Of a stretch of 64,000 nucleotides of DNA, positions 40,698 to 50,317 are shown one piece after another. How positions within the stretch are numbered: position 1 is the first letter of the stretch; every line of letters begins with the position of its first letter. Under the pieces are notes generated by a model. The model had not been told where the DNA came from. It worked only from the letters and a program-made list of their open reading frames with translations, and searched no databases. The position numbers and the translations under genes are program-made. This DNA is from an uncultured delta proteobacterium (GTDB taxonomy: Bacteria; Myxococcota_A; Polyangia; Polyangiales; Polyangiaceae): positions 1,088,001 through 1,152,000 of the forward strand of contig CAVOKF010000007.1 in assembly GCA_963696385.1 (NCBI GenBank), written 5' to 3'.

Positions 40698-42739
40698 CCG
40701 AATCGGATCCTGAATTGTCGCGCTTGCTCATTCAGGAGCTCGCGATTCACCTCGCAGCGCTCGAAACGGACGAGCGCGACGGCCCCCGCGCCCTGCGCGC
40801 CCTCCACGCGCTGAAAGGCAGCGCGAGCGTTGCCGGTGAGCGCGATTTGGCCGCGGCTCTCGATCGCCTATCGAGGCGCGCCCGGGAAGGCGACGACAGC
40901 GCTTTCGACGCGGCCGCCGACATCGTGCGCGTGGCGATGGGTCGCCTCTCGTCCGGCAAGGGCGCCTGTCCCACGAGCTGGCCCGTACCGCCCGAGGGCC
41001 TGGTGGCGCGTCCGCTCGAAGCGCACGCGCGAGTGCAGTACGCGGCCGAGGTCACCGATCGGCTCGCGGGCATCGATGAGGCTCTGGGGGCCGGCGACGA
41101 TCCGGTCGAGACGGCCCGCACGCTGTTTCGTCACGTCCACACGATGAAGGGGGCTGCGAGCGCGGTCGGCGACGAGCCGATGGCATGGTTCTGCCACGGT
41201 TTGGAGGAAAAACTGCGCCCGGGCGCCTCGATCCTCGCGCCACGAGCTGCCATCCACGAGGTAGGACGATGGCGTCCTCTGATCGGCGCCCTGCTCGACG
41301 AGCCTGCAACCGCACTCGCGATGCTGGCTCGAAGCGTGCCCTCGTCCGAGCCAAGGCTGCCCGACGATTTGTCGAATGGGCCCCGCCCCGAGCCGCCCCC
41401 GCGCGCATCCGCCTTCGATGAAGCGACGGCTACGATCCGGGTCCCCACCGCCGACGTCGACCGTCTGCTCGATCGCCTGGACGTCATCGACCGAGCGCGT
41501 GAGCGGATCGCGTCACGCTCGGAGCGCGGACGCGAGTCCGCCGATGCGGTCAGGAAGCTTCGGGCCTCACTGGTGGACGCGCTCCGCCTGATCGGCGCCC
41601 CCAGGCCCTGGGGCGCACCCGCGGCCGCGTTGCAGTACGTCGAAGGTGTCGCCCGGGCGCTCGAATCGTTCGGCGACGAGCTGGACGCGGCTTCGGCGCG
41701 GCTCCGCACGACCGAGCAGATGCTGCGCGACGGGGTCGCTGAGGCGAAAAAGCAGCTCTCTACGATGCGGCAAACGAGTGTGGGACACATCTTCGCGCGT
41801 CTGACGACGGCTATCGAATCCGAGGCTCGCCGGAGCGGCCGCGCGGTGATCGTCCGCACGCGGGGTGCGGACGAAGCGATCGACAGGCGAATCGCCGAGC
41901 AGCTCGTCGAGCCGTGCCTGCAGCTGGTGCGCAACGCGGTCGCCCACGGGATCGAGCCCCCTCAGGCGAGAGCGGCCCTGGGCAAAGTGCCCAGTGGAAC
42001 GATCGCGCTGGTCGCACGCAAGATCGGAAACCGGCTGAGACTGACGATTGCCGACGACGGCGCCGGCGTCGACCTGGTCGACGTCCGAGCGCGCGCCCTG
42101 GCGGCCGGCCTCGTCACCCCGGCCATCGCCGAGTCGACCGACGACGATACGCTCCTTTCGCTCCTCTTTTTTCCCGGCTTCTCGACACGAGAGACGACCG
42201 ACCTACTGGCCGGACGCGGCATCGGGCTCGACATCGCCAGGGCCGGCATACAGCGCATGGGTGGCGCGATCACCCTCTCCAGCCGAGCCGGAGAAGGGTT
42301 CAGTGCGCGTGTCGAAGTCCCGATCGAAAGCGGCTTCGTCTCCGTGCTCTGGATTCGCGCAGGCAACGAAGAGTTCGCGCTGCCGACCGCGAACGCGCGG
42401 CGGGTCCGTAAGATGGAGACAACCGATCCTGCCGTACCGCACATCCTCGCCTGCCTGGGCGGTCCCAGCTCCGCGGCGCGCTACGCCGTCGAGCTCGACT
42501 TGCAAGCGGACGATGCGCCTGAGCCCGCCATTCAGGTGGGTGTGGATGACGTCGGGCGCACCGACGAGTTGCTGATTCGGCCGCTCGGGTCCCTGGTGGC
42601 CGGGCTTGGCCTCTTTGCAGGCGCGATCGTGCGCGGCGACGGGTCGCTTCGCCTGGCGATTGATGCGTCCGCACTGGCGCCCCGAGCGCGAGCGCTCGTC
42701 GCGGCGCACGCCACGACGCTGCCCGCGTCGGCCAGATGA
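40694..42739 (+). CDS. CheA-like histidine kinase with two Hpt domains and a P5/CheW-like domain
   Basis: LHALKGSA and VHTMKGAA; IRVPTADVDRL; LVRNAVAHGIE, DDGAG, FPGFST, GRGIGLD. Confidence 0.88.
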   Translation: MTESDPELSRLLIQELAIHLAALETDERDGPRALRALHALKGSASVAGERDLAAALDRLSRRAREGDDSAFDAAADIVRVAMGRLSSGKGACPTSWPVPPEGLVARPLEAHARVQYAAEVTDRLAGIDEALGAGDDPVETARTLFRHVHTMKGAASAVGDEPMAWFCHGLEEKLRPGASILAPRAAIHEVGRWRPLIGALLDEPATALAMLARSVPSSEPRLPDDLSNGPRPEPPPRASAFDEATATIRVPTADVDRLLDRLDVIDRARERIASRSERGRESADAVRKLRASLVDALRLIGAPRPWGAPAAALQYVEGVARALESFGDELDAASARLRTTEQMLRDGVAEAKKQLSTMRQTSVGHIFARLTTAIESEARRSGRAVIVRTRGADEAIDRRIAEQLVEPCLQLVRNAVAHGIEPPQARAALGKVPSGTIALVARKIGNRLRLTIADDGAGVDLVDVRARALAAGLVTPAIAESTDDDTLLSLLFFPGFSTRETTDLLAGRGIGLDIARAGIQRMGGAITLSSRAGEGFSARVEVPIESGFVSVLWIRAGNEEFALPTANARRVRKMETTDPAVPHILACLGGPSSAARYAVELDLQADDAPEPAIQVGVDDVGRTDELLIRPLGSLVAGLGLFAGAIVRGDGSLRLAIDASALAPRARALVAAHATTLPASAR

Positions 42740-42755
42740 TCTAGGATCGCGCCGG

Positions 42756-43247
42756 ATGCAGGCTGTCGTTCGAGTCGAACCGATGAGCGCGGACGACTTC
42801 GCGTCCGTCGAGGCGCTCGACGAAACGACGGGCGTGCAACGCGACCAACTTTATGCCGAGCTCGCCCGGCCATGGTCTCGCCGTTGGGTGGCTCGGCATG
42901 AGTTCGACGGGGTCGTCGGGTGTGCCCTGGCGTGGCACGTCGCGGATGAGTTGCACGTGCTCAACCTCGCGACGCGTTCCGACCGACGCCGGCTGGGCAT
43001 CGGGCGTGCGCTGATGCAGGAAATGCTGCGGTATGCGCGGGAAAATCGCGTCGACCACGTCCTCCTCGAGGTGCGTCGTTCGAACGCGCCGGCGGTGGCC
43101 CTCTACCGGGCGATTGGCTTTTTCGTTACCGGCGTCCGGCAGCGCTACTACAGCGACGACGAGGACGCGGTCGAGATGATGCTGAGTCTCGACCCCACGA
43201 CAGGAAACGTCGTGCGGCGGCCCGACGAGGTGCGATTGGATGCGTGA
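42756..43247 (+). CDS. rimI: Ribosomal protein alanine N-acetyltransferase
   Basis: ADELHVLNLA, RRLGIGRAL, LEVRRSN..A.ALY...GF, RYYSDDEDA. Confidence 0.88.
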   Translation: MQAVVRVEPMSADDFASVEALDETTGVQRDQLYAELARPWSRRWVARHEFDGVVGCALAWHVADELHVLNLATRSDRRRLGIGRALMQEMLRYARENRVDHVLLEVRRSNAPAVALYRAIGFFVTGVRQRYYSDDEDAVEMMLSLDPTTGNVVRRPDEVRLDA

Positions 43248-43331
43248 GATGCGGAAAAGGGCGACGAACGGCCCGGCCGCCGCCATGCACGAAGGGCACG
43301 GCCCGACCGGCGATGTTACATCTGACACCGG

Positions 43332-46220
43332 GTGATCATGAAGCGCGTCTGCCTCTGTGTCTGCGCCGCGCTTTTGTCGGTCGTGCCCACCGCCGCTCCA
43401 GCGCAGGTGTCTTCGGCCACGACGCCCTCGGCGACGGCTCACTCGGCAGAGCCCTCCCCCCAAGCCGCCGCGACGGCGCGCGGCTCCTCCGTCGCCGACC
43501 GTCCCCTCGCGACCGCGCGTGCAGCGGCGCTGGCATCGGAATACGCGACGGCCGAGAAGGCTCTGCTCGCCATCGACGGCGCCGATCGCGCCGCGGCGCG
43601 CCTGGCGCTTGCGCGCGCCATGCTCGAGCAGGGTCGATTCTCCGACGCCGATCGTTATGCGACGCAGGCCCTCGCAAACCCCGCCCAGCGAGCCGCGGGC
43701 ATCGCTCTGCGCGGCGAGATCCTCGCCGCGCAGGGCAGACTCGACGAGGCGATCAAACTCCTCGAGCCCGTCAAAGACTCTCCGGGCACGGGAGGCCGTC
43801 GCGTCCGACTCGAGCTCGGCGAGCTTCTGATTCGTTCGGGTCGACGTGCCGACGCGGAACCCGTTCTGCTGAAATTCGCCGACGAGTACGACAACGACGA
43901 CATCGCGCAGACCGACGCCGAAGGCCTCGCCATGCTGGGACGCGCGATGCACCTGCTTCGGCATCCCAAGGACGCGAACCGCGCGTTCAACGAGAGCGAA
44001 CGCGCACAGAGGGGTCGCGTCGAAACGCTTCTCTGGCGAGCCGACCTCTACATCGACAAGTACGATCCCGGCCACGCGGAAGAAGTCCTGAATGAAGCCC
44101 TGAAAATCGCGCCTCATCGCGCCGACGCCTTGGTCGCACTCGCGCGCGTCAAAGTCGAGGAGACCTTCGATTTCGAAGCCGCCGAAGGCCTGATTCGCGA
44201 GGCGCTCGCCGTCGACCCGAAGCACACGGCGGCCTTCGCGGTACGGGCCGGCATCGCGCTGCGCGACATGAACTTGACTGCGGCCAACGCCGCCATCGAC
44301 GCCGGCCTCGCCGTCGACCCGAGCCAGCTCGAGCTTTTGAGCCTTCGCGCAGCCGCTCGCTTTCTTGCCGACGATACGGCCGGTTTCGAGACGGCAAAGC
44401 ACGACCTCTTTGCGCGCAACGCGGAGTTCAGCGAGGCCTACGGAATCGTCGGCGAGTACGCCGAGTGGGAGCACCGCTACGGCGACGTCGTGACCATGAT
44501 GAAAGAAGCCGTGGCGCTCGACCCGAGGGATAGCAAGGCGTGGGCCCAGCTGGGACTGATGCAGACTCGGTCGGGCGACGAAGCGGCGGGGGTGAAATCG
44601 CTCGAAGAGGCTTGGAGGCAAGACCACTTCAACGTGCGGGTCTACAATACGCTCGAGCTTCTCTACGGCTCGTGGATCCCGCAACAGTACGACGAGCGGC
44701 CATCGGGCATTTTCAATATCCGATATCCCAAGGACGAGGATGCGATCCTCGAGCGGTACGTCCCTCGTCTGCTCGGTCAAGCTTGGGGTGAGATGAAGAT
44801 TCATTACATGTTTGCGCCGACGACTCCCGTCGCGGTCGAGCTGTACCGCGAGCGGCAGCACTTCAGCGTACGCACGAGCGGTCTGCCGAACATCGGCATC
44901 CAAGGCGTCTGTTTCGGGCATGTCGTCGCCGCGATGAGCCCCAACAGCGAGCCGTTCAATTGGGGCAACGTCTTGTGGCACGAACTCGCCCACGTTTTCG
45001 CCATCCAGCTGTCGAACAACCGCGTGCCCCGATGGTTTACCGAAGGGTTGTCTGAATACGAGACGATGATCCGCAGGCGCGAATGGCAACGAGAGCTCGA
45101 CCCGGAGCTTTACATCGCGCTGAAGAAAGGCCAATTGCCGGCGGCGTTGGAGATGAACGCCGCGTTCACACATGCCGAAGGCGATCTGGACGTGACCGTC
45201 GCGTATTACGCCGCGAGTCAGATGCTCGCATTCACGGCCGAGCAATTCGGCTTCCCAGGAATCACCCGGGCGCTCGCGCTCTGGGGGGAGGGCAAGACGA
45301 CCGCCGATGTGATTCGCACCGCGTTCGGCGTCTCGCCAGCCGATTACGACGCGCGCTTTCGCGCCTGGGCCGCGCGTCGGCTCGCGCGCTACGATGGGCA
45401 ATACATCTTCTCACCGCCGACCACGGCGTTCGACGAGGCCCGAGCCCAGGCCACCGCGCGACCCGATAGCGCTCCGGCGCGCGTCGCGTATGCCGTCGCG
45501 CTCTTGCGCGCTCACAAGTCGGACGACGCGAGCCGCGAGATCGACGCGGCGCTCAAGATCGACCCGAAAAATATGGACGCGCTGTTCGTTGCGGCCAAGC
45601 TCGCGGCAACGGCCAAGGACACGCAACATCAGGAGATCTACTTGCGGGCGATCCAGTCCGCGGGCGGTGACGGATACGCCGTGCAGATGGCGTTGGCGGA
45701 CGCCGCCGAGTCCCGGCATCAGCGCTCGGCCAAGCTCGCGGCTCTCCAAGCCGCGCATCGGTTCGATCCGACCCAGGCCGATCCGCTGCGCGCCCTTTTC
45801 GACGCCGCGAACGACGACAAGCGTGACGCCGACGCGCTTGCCGCGCTGCGCGAGCTGGCAGAGCTCGATCAGCACGACCGACGCGTATGGGACCTGCTCA
45901 TCGACAAGCTCGTCACGCTCAAACGCTGGGACGAGGCCAAGGTCGTCGGCGAAAGCGCGCTCTACGTCGACCTCGAGAACGCGGCCGTACACGTGGCCTA
46001 CGCGCAGGCTCTATCGGCGACGGGGGACCACGAGACGGCGGCTTTCGAGCTCGAAAGCGCGCTCGTCTGCGAAGCGGACCCAGCCGAAAAAGCAAAAGCT
46101 CACGCGCTACTCGCTCGAGAACGGCTGACGCTCGGCGACCTCGGCGCGGCGCGTGCGCATCGGGACGAGGCTCTTCGCCTCGATCCGGCCAATGTCGATG
46201 CGCGGGCTCTGAAGCTCTAG
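43332..46220 (+). CDS. Exported TPR protein with a central gluzincin (peptidase MA-like) domain
   Basis: Signal peptide; many TPRs; VLWHELAHVF...VPRWFTEGLSEY (HExxH plus downstream E). Confidence 0.85.
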   Translation: MIMKRVCLCVCAALLSVVPTAAPAQVSSATTPSATAHSAEPSPQAAATARGSSVADRPLATARAAALASEYATAEKALLAIDGADRAAARLALARAMLEQGRFSDADRYATQALANPAQRAAGIALRGEILAAQGRLDEAIKLLEPVKDSPGTGGRRVRLELGELLIRSGRRADAEPVLLKFADEYDNDDIAQTDAEGLAMLGRAMHLLRHPKDANRAFNESERAQRGRVETLLWRADLYIDKYDPGHAEEVLNEALKIAPHRADALVALARVKVEETFDFEAAEGLIREALAVDPKHTAAFAVRAGIALRDMNLTAANAAIDAGLAVDPSQLELLSLRAAARFLADDTAGFETAKHDLFARNAEFSEAYGIVGEYAEWEHRYGDVVTMMKEAVALDPRDSKAWAQLGLMQTRSGDEAAGVKSLEEAWRQDHFNVRVYNTLELLYGSWIPQQYDERPSGIFNIRYPKDEDAILERYVPRLLGQAWGEMKIHYMFAPTTPVAVELYRERQHFSVRTSGLPNIGIQGVCFGHVVAAMSPNSEPFNWGNVLWHELAHVFAIQLSNNRVPRWFTEGLSEYETMIRRREWQRELDPELYIALKKGQLPAALEMNAAFTHAEGDLDVTVAYYAASQMLAFTAEQFGFPGITRALALWGEGKTTADVIRTAFGVSPADYDARFRAWAARRLARYDGQYIFSPPTTAFDEARAQATARPDSAPARVAYAVALLRAHKSDDASREIDAALKIDPKNMDALFVAAKLAATAKDTQHQEIYLRAIQSAGGDGYAVQMALADAAESRHQRSAKLAALQAAHRFDPTQADPLRALFDAANDDKRDADALAALRELAELDQHDRRVWDLLIDKLVTLKRWDEAKVVGESALYVDLENAAVHVAYAQALSATGDHETAAFELESALVCEADPAEKAKAHALLARERLTLGDLGAARAHRDEALRLDPANVDARALKL

Positions 46221-46248
46221 CGTCTAGCTCTAACGCCCGCCCCCCTGG

Positions 46249-48048
46249 TCAGAGGCCGAGAGCGAGGGATCCCTCGCGGCGCGGCTCCGCGACCCCCACC
46301 CACAAATCGTGGACGCGACCGATCGCGGGCGCGTCCGCGAGGTGAGCCGTTTCTTTGATGGCGTGGCCCATTCGTGCAAGCACACCTCGCACGGCATCGG
46401 GGATGCCGTGAGGTTCGAACACGAGTACGTCCGGCAAGTCCTGCTGGTGAAACCTCGGCGCGCTCACTGCGTCGCCGACGTCCATTCCGAAGTCGACGAC
46501 GTTCGACATCTCCTCGAAGACGGTCGTGATGATGCGCGAGCCTCCAGCGGCTCCGAGAACGAGCTCGGGTTCGTCGCCCGGGCCGAGGACGATGGTGGGC
46601 GACATCGAGGACAACATGCGTTTTCCCGCCGCGATGGCGTTCGGCTCGCCCTGAACGAGTCCGAACATGTTCGCGGCGCCGGGGGCGACGGCAAAGTCGT
46701 CCATCTCGTCATTGAGGACGAAGCCGAGACCCGGCACGGTGACGCCGCTGCCGAACCAGGCATTCAGGGTGGTCGTCAGCGCAACGGCGTTACCCTCCGC
46801 GTCCGCGACGGACATGTGCGTGGTGTGCGGGCCACCGCTCGACGCCGGGGCGATGCCCGGAAAGAGGGCCTCGGTCGGAGTCGCACGATCGATCCGAATC
46901 GATGCGCGCTGCTGCGCGGCCCAGGCATCGCTCAGGAGCTCGCCGATCGGGTTGGTCACGAAGTCGGGGTCGCCCAACTTGGCGTTGCGTGCCGCGAACG
47001 CACGCCGCATCGCTTCCGCGGCCAGATGAACGTGCTCCGCGGAGTGCCAGCCGAGGTCGTGCAAATCCCAGCCGGATAGAAGGTGCGCAACCATGCCGAT
47101 CGTGACGCCTCCGGACGACGGGGGCGGCATCCCGATGACGTGCTTGCCGCGGTACGCGTACTCGACGGGCGGGCGCCATTTGGCTCGATAGGCCATGAGG
47201 TCGGCTTGGGTGACGAGGCCGCCGCCCTCCATCATCGCACGGGCGATCGCTTCGGCGACCGGACCCTCGTAAAAACCCGCCGGCCCCTCCGCGGCGATCC
47301 GACGCAGGACGTTGGCGAGCTCGGGGTCGCGCCACGACGTGCCCGGCTGGGGCGGCGCACCGTTCGGCAAAAAGAGCGCCGCGGATGCCGGGAAGCTCGC
47401 CAGGTGATCCTGGGCGAGCGAGATCGTCTTCGCGAATGGCGGATCGACGGCGAAGCCCCCTTCGGCCAGGTCGATCGCGGGCCTGAGGAGCTCCGACCAG
47501 GACCGCCTCTTCGATCCGAGCTTGTGCCACGCCTCCCAAAGGCCGGCGACCGAGCCGGGAACGCCGACCGATCGCCAGCCGACGCGCGAATCGCGCGTCG
47601 GCTTTCCGTCCGGACCCACGTACATCGTCGGAGTCGCAGACGCGGGGGCCACTTCGCGAAAGTCGAGTGCGTACGACGCATGATCCACTCGAGCGACGAG
47701 GAATCCTCCGCCGCCGAGATTGCCGGCCGTCGGGAAGGCCACCGCGAGCACGAACGCCGCCGCGACGGCGGCGTCGACCGCGTTGCCTCCCGCCCGAAGC
47801 ACTTCGGCCCCGGCTCTCGTGGCAAGCGCGTTGTCGGTCGTGATCATGCCGCGTTCCGAGTGCGGGGAGGAGCCCTGGCGGAGCGGCCAGTCGTCCGGAG
47901 AGCGGGGGACAGGCGACGAGGTGGGCGGCGGGGCGAGCTGGGCACTCCCGGACGCCCGTTGCGCCGCAAAGGGTCGGTCGCACGAGCCGGTGGCGACCAC
48001 GATTGCGGCGAGCACGACCCGGGCGAAGGCAGCCGACGTCTTGCGCAT
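46249..48048 (-). CDS. ggt: Gamma-glutamyltransferase
   Basis: GGNAVDAAVA, GGGGF, DFREVAP, HTTHMSV (catalytic Thr), LNDEMDDF, KRMLSSMSP. Confidence 0.95.
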   Translation of the reverse strand: MRKTSAAFARVVLAAIVVATGSCDRPFAAQRASGSAQLAPPPTSSPVPRSPDDWPLRQGSSPHSERGMITTDNALATRAGAEVLRAGGNAVDAAVAAAFVLAVAFPTAGNLGGGGFLVARVDHASYALDFREVAPASATPTMYVGPDGKPTRDSRVGWRSVGVPGSVAGLWEAWHKLGSKRRSWSELLRPAIDLAEGGFAVDPPFAKTISLAQDHLASFPASAALFLPNGAPPQPGTSWRDPELANVLRRIAAEGPAGFYEGPVAEAIARAMMEGGGLVTQADLMAYRAKWRPPVEYAYRGKHVIGMPPPSSGGVTIGMVAHLLSGWDLHDLGWHSAEHVHLAAEAMRRAFAARNAKLGDPDFVTNPIGELLSDAWAAQQRASIRIDRATPTEALFPGIAPASSGGPHTTHMSVADAEGNAVALTTTLNAWFGSGVTVPGLGFVLNDEMDDFAVAPGAANMFGLVQGEPNAIAAGKRMLSSMSPTIVLGPGDEPELVLGAAGGSRIITTVFEEMSNVVDFGMDVGDAVSAPRFHQQDLPDVLVFEPHGIPDAVRGVLARMGHAIKETAHLADAPAIGRVHDLWVGVAEPRREGSLALGL

Positions 48049-48061
48049 GGTATATTTCGAC

Positions 48062-49162
48062 ATGTCTCCGACTCAGCCGCCCGACACGGTTTCACTCGAG
48101 GTCATCGAGAAGCTCCCGAAGACCGATTTGCACGTCCATCTCGACGGATTGTTGCGCCTGGCGACCATCCTCGAACTCGCCGAGCGACAGAGGATTGACC
48201 TGCCCGCGCGAGATCCCGACGGGCTGCGCCAGGCCATGCACCTTGGCCAGAACTGCGGAAGCCTCATCGAGTACCTGAAAGCCTTCGACGTGACCCTGCG
48301 CGTGATGCAATGCGCGGAATCGCTCCGGCGCATTGCGTACGAGCTCGCCGAAGACGCGGCGCGCGAGAACGTCCGTTACATGGAGGTGCGCTACGCGCCG
48401 ATGCTGCACACCCGGCGCGGGCTCAGGCTGACGACGGTCGTCGAGAGTGTGCTCGAGGGGCTCCGCGCTGCGCAAGAGCGACACGGAATCGAGTCGAACG
48501 TCATCATTTGCGGCATCCGAAACGTGTCCGCGGAGCATTCTCTCGAAATGGCAGAGCTGGCGGTCGCTTACAAGAACCGCGGCGTCGTCGGCTTCGATCT
48601 GGCCGGCGCCGAGTACGACCACCCGGCCAAGCACCACAAGGCGGCCTTCCAGCTCGTTCGGGACAACAACATCAACGTGACGATCCATGCGGGCGAGGCC
48701 TACGGCCCCGAGTCGATCGCCCAGGCGATCCACGTCTGCGGCGCCCATCGCGTCGGCCACGGATGCCGTCTGCGCGAGAACGGGGATCTCTTGCACTACG
48801 TGAACGACCACCGAATTCCACTCGAATGCTGCCCGTCATCGAACGTGCAAACCGGCGCAATTCGGGATTTGTCGAGCCATCCCCTCAGGCTCTACAAAAA
48901 CCTGGGCCTGCGCGTCACCATCAACACCGACAATCGATTGATCACCGATACCACGGTGAGCCGCGAACTCTGGCTATGCCACACGCAACTCGGGATGAGT
49001 CTCGGGGACATCAAACAGATCATCTTGAGCGGTTTCAAGAGCGCCTTCTTGCCGTTTCACGTCAAGCAGCAGTACCTGCGCAAGGTCAGTGACGAACTCG
49101 GCGCGGTCCACGTCGATCGCGCCGAGGATCCGGCCGAGCCCCGCCCTGCCCTCGCGTCCTGA
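48062..49162 (+). CDS. add: Adenosine deaminase
   Basis: PKTDLHVHLDG, GFDLAGAE, TIHAGE, RVGHG, ECCPSSN, INTDN. Confidence 0.94.
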   Translation: MSPTQPPDTVSLEVIEKLPKTDLHVHLDGLLRLATILELAERQRIDLPARDPDGLRQAMHLGQNCGSLIEYLKAFDVTLRVMQCAESLRRIAYELAEDAARENVRYMEVRYAPMLHTRRGLRLTTVVESVLEGLRAAQERHGIESNVIICGIRNVSAEHSLEMAELAVAYKNRGVVGFDLAGAEYDHPAKHHKAAFQLVRDNNINVTIHAGEAYGPESIAQAIHVCGAHRVGHGCRLRENGDLLHYVNDHRIPLECCPSSNVQTGAIRDLSSHPLRLYKNLGLRVTINTDNRLITDTTVSRELWLCHTQLGMSLGDIKQIILSGFKSAFLPFHVKQQYLRKVSDELGAVHVDRAEDPAEPRPALAS

Positions 49163-49179
49163 GGGGTAAAGCTCCTGCT

Positions 49180-49216
49180 CCAGATTTCGTGGCCAGATTT
49201 CGTGGCCAGATTTCGT
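49180..49216. repeat. Intergenic 13-bp tandem repeat CCAGATTTCGTGG (about 2.8 copies)
   Basis: ccagatttcgtgg ccagatttcgtgg ccagatttcgt. Confidence 0.9.
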
Positions 49217-49299
49217 AGATCGCGGGCGGGCGCGGCAACCGTGGCCAGTGCGATCGCGGCGTCGCGGGACCAAGTCGAGCATGCTAAGAGCGCACGTTC

Positions 49300-50304
49300 A
49301 TGGTCGAGCCCAAGTCGCCCGCCACGGACCCCGCACTGTCGCTACGAATGCGCGATCGAGGCGAGGCCGCAGCCGCGAGCACGACACGATCGCAAATCGA
49401 CCACGTGTTTTCGGCACTCGAAGCGGCCGCTCTGGCCGCCGAGGGTCGAGGCGCCGACGAGGTCCTCGCATCGGTCGGCATCGACGACTTCCGCGCGGCG
49501 GTGAAAGTGGACGCGAGAGCCGTGCGCGCTCGCCTCGATCGCGTCGTGATGGGGGACGACCCCGAGCGCGGGCTCGACGAGTTGCTCGAAGCCGGCGCTC
49601 TGGCCGCGCTTTTTCCAGAGGTGCACGCGATGGTCGGCTTTGGCGACGCCGAGTGGCGCCACAAGGACGTCTGGAAGCACACGAAGCAAGTGGTGCGACA
49701 ATCGGTTCCGCGGTTGGAGGTTCGCTGGGCGGCACTCTTCCACGACGTCGGTAAGGTCAAGACCCGGTCGATCGCTCCCGACGGAAAGGTCCACTTTTTG
49801 GGACACGCCGAGGTGGGCACTCGGATGTTCGAAAAGCTCGACCGACGACTGGGTCTCTTTGCCCACGAACCGTCGCTCAAAGCCACGGTGCGTTTTCTCA
49901 TCCTGCATCACTTGCGCGCCAATCAATATTCACCCGATTGGACCGACAGTGCGGTGCGTCGGTTCGCCCGCGAGCTCGGCGAACACCTCGACGACCTGCT
50001 GTGCCTCGCTCGAGCCGACATCACGACGAAGCGCCCCGAGAAGAAGCGCCGCGGGCTTCAACAGATCGAAGATCTTCAATTGCGCATTGCGCGGTTGGCC
50101 GAGGAGGAGGCTCGGTTGCCACCGCTGCCGAGCGGAATTGGCGACGCCATCATGAAGGCATTCGGGCTACCCCCCTCGCGGAAAGTCGGCGACATCAAGC
50201 GAAAACTGGAGGATGCCGTGGAGGCTGCGGAAATCGCCTCACGGCTGGACGCCGATGCGTACATCGCGTTCCTGCGCTCGAACTCGGAGCGCTTCGGGAT
50301 CTGA
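49300..50304 (+). CDS. HD-domain protein matching the C-terminal half of a CCA-adding enzyme (no nucleotidyltransferase head)
   Basis: GLDELLEAGALAALFPEV, HKDVWKHT, WAALFHDVGK, HFLGHAEVG, HHLR, WTDSAVRR, ARADIT; no GGxVRD, DxD or RRDFT head motifs. Confidence 0.82.
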   Translation: MVEPKSPATDPALSLRMRDRGEAAAASTTRSQIDHVFSALEAAALAAEGRGADEVLASVGIDDFRAAVKVDARAVRARLDRVVMGDDPERGLDELLEAGALAALFPEVHAMVGFGDAEWRHKDVWKHTKQVVRQSVPRLEVRWAALFHDVGKVKTRSIAPDGKVHFLGHAEVGTRMFEKLDRRLGLFAHEPSLKATVRFLILHHLRANQYSPDWTDSAVRRFARELGEHLDDLLCLARADITTKRPEKKRRGLQQIEDLQLRIARLAEEEARLPPLPSGIGDAIMKAFGLPPSRKVGDIKRKLEDAVEAAEIASRLDADAYIAFLRSNSERFGI

Positions 50305-50317
50305 TTCGAGTTCCCAT

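Noticed and set aside
42741..45401. 886-aa minus-strand ORF
   Set aside because: Shadow of rimI and the TPR peptidase; no motifs.
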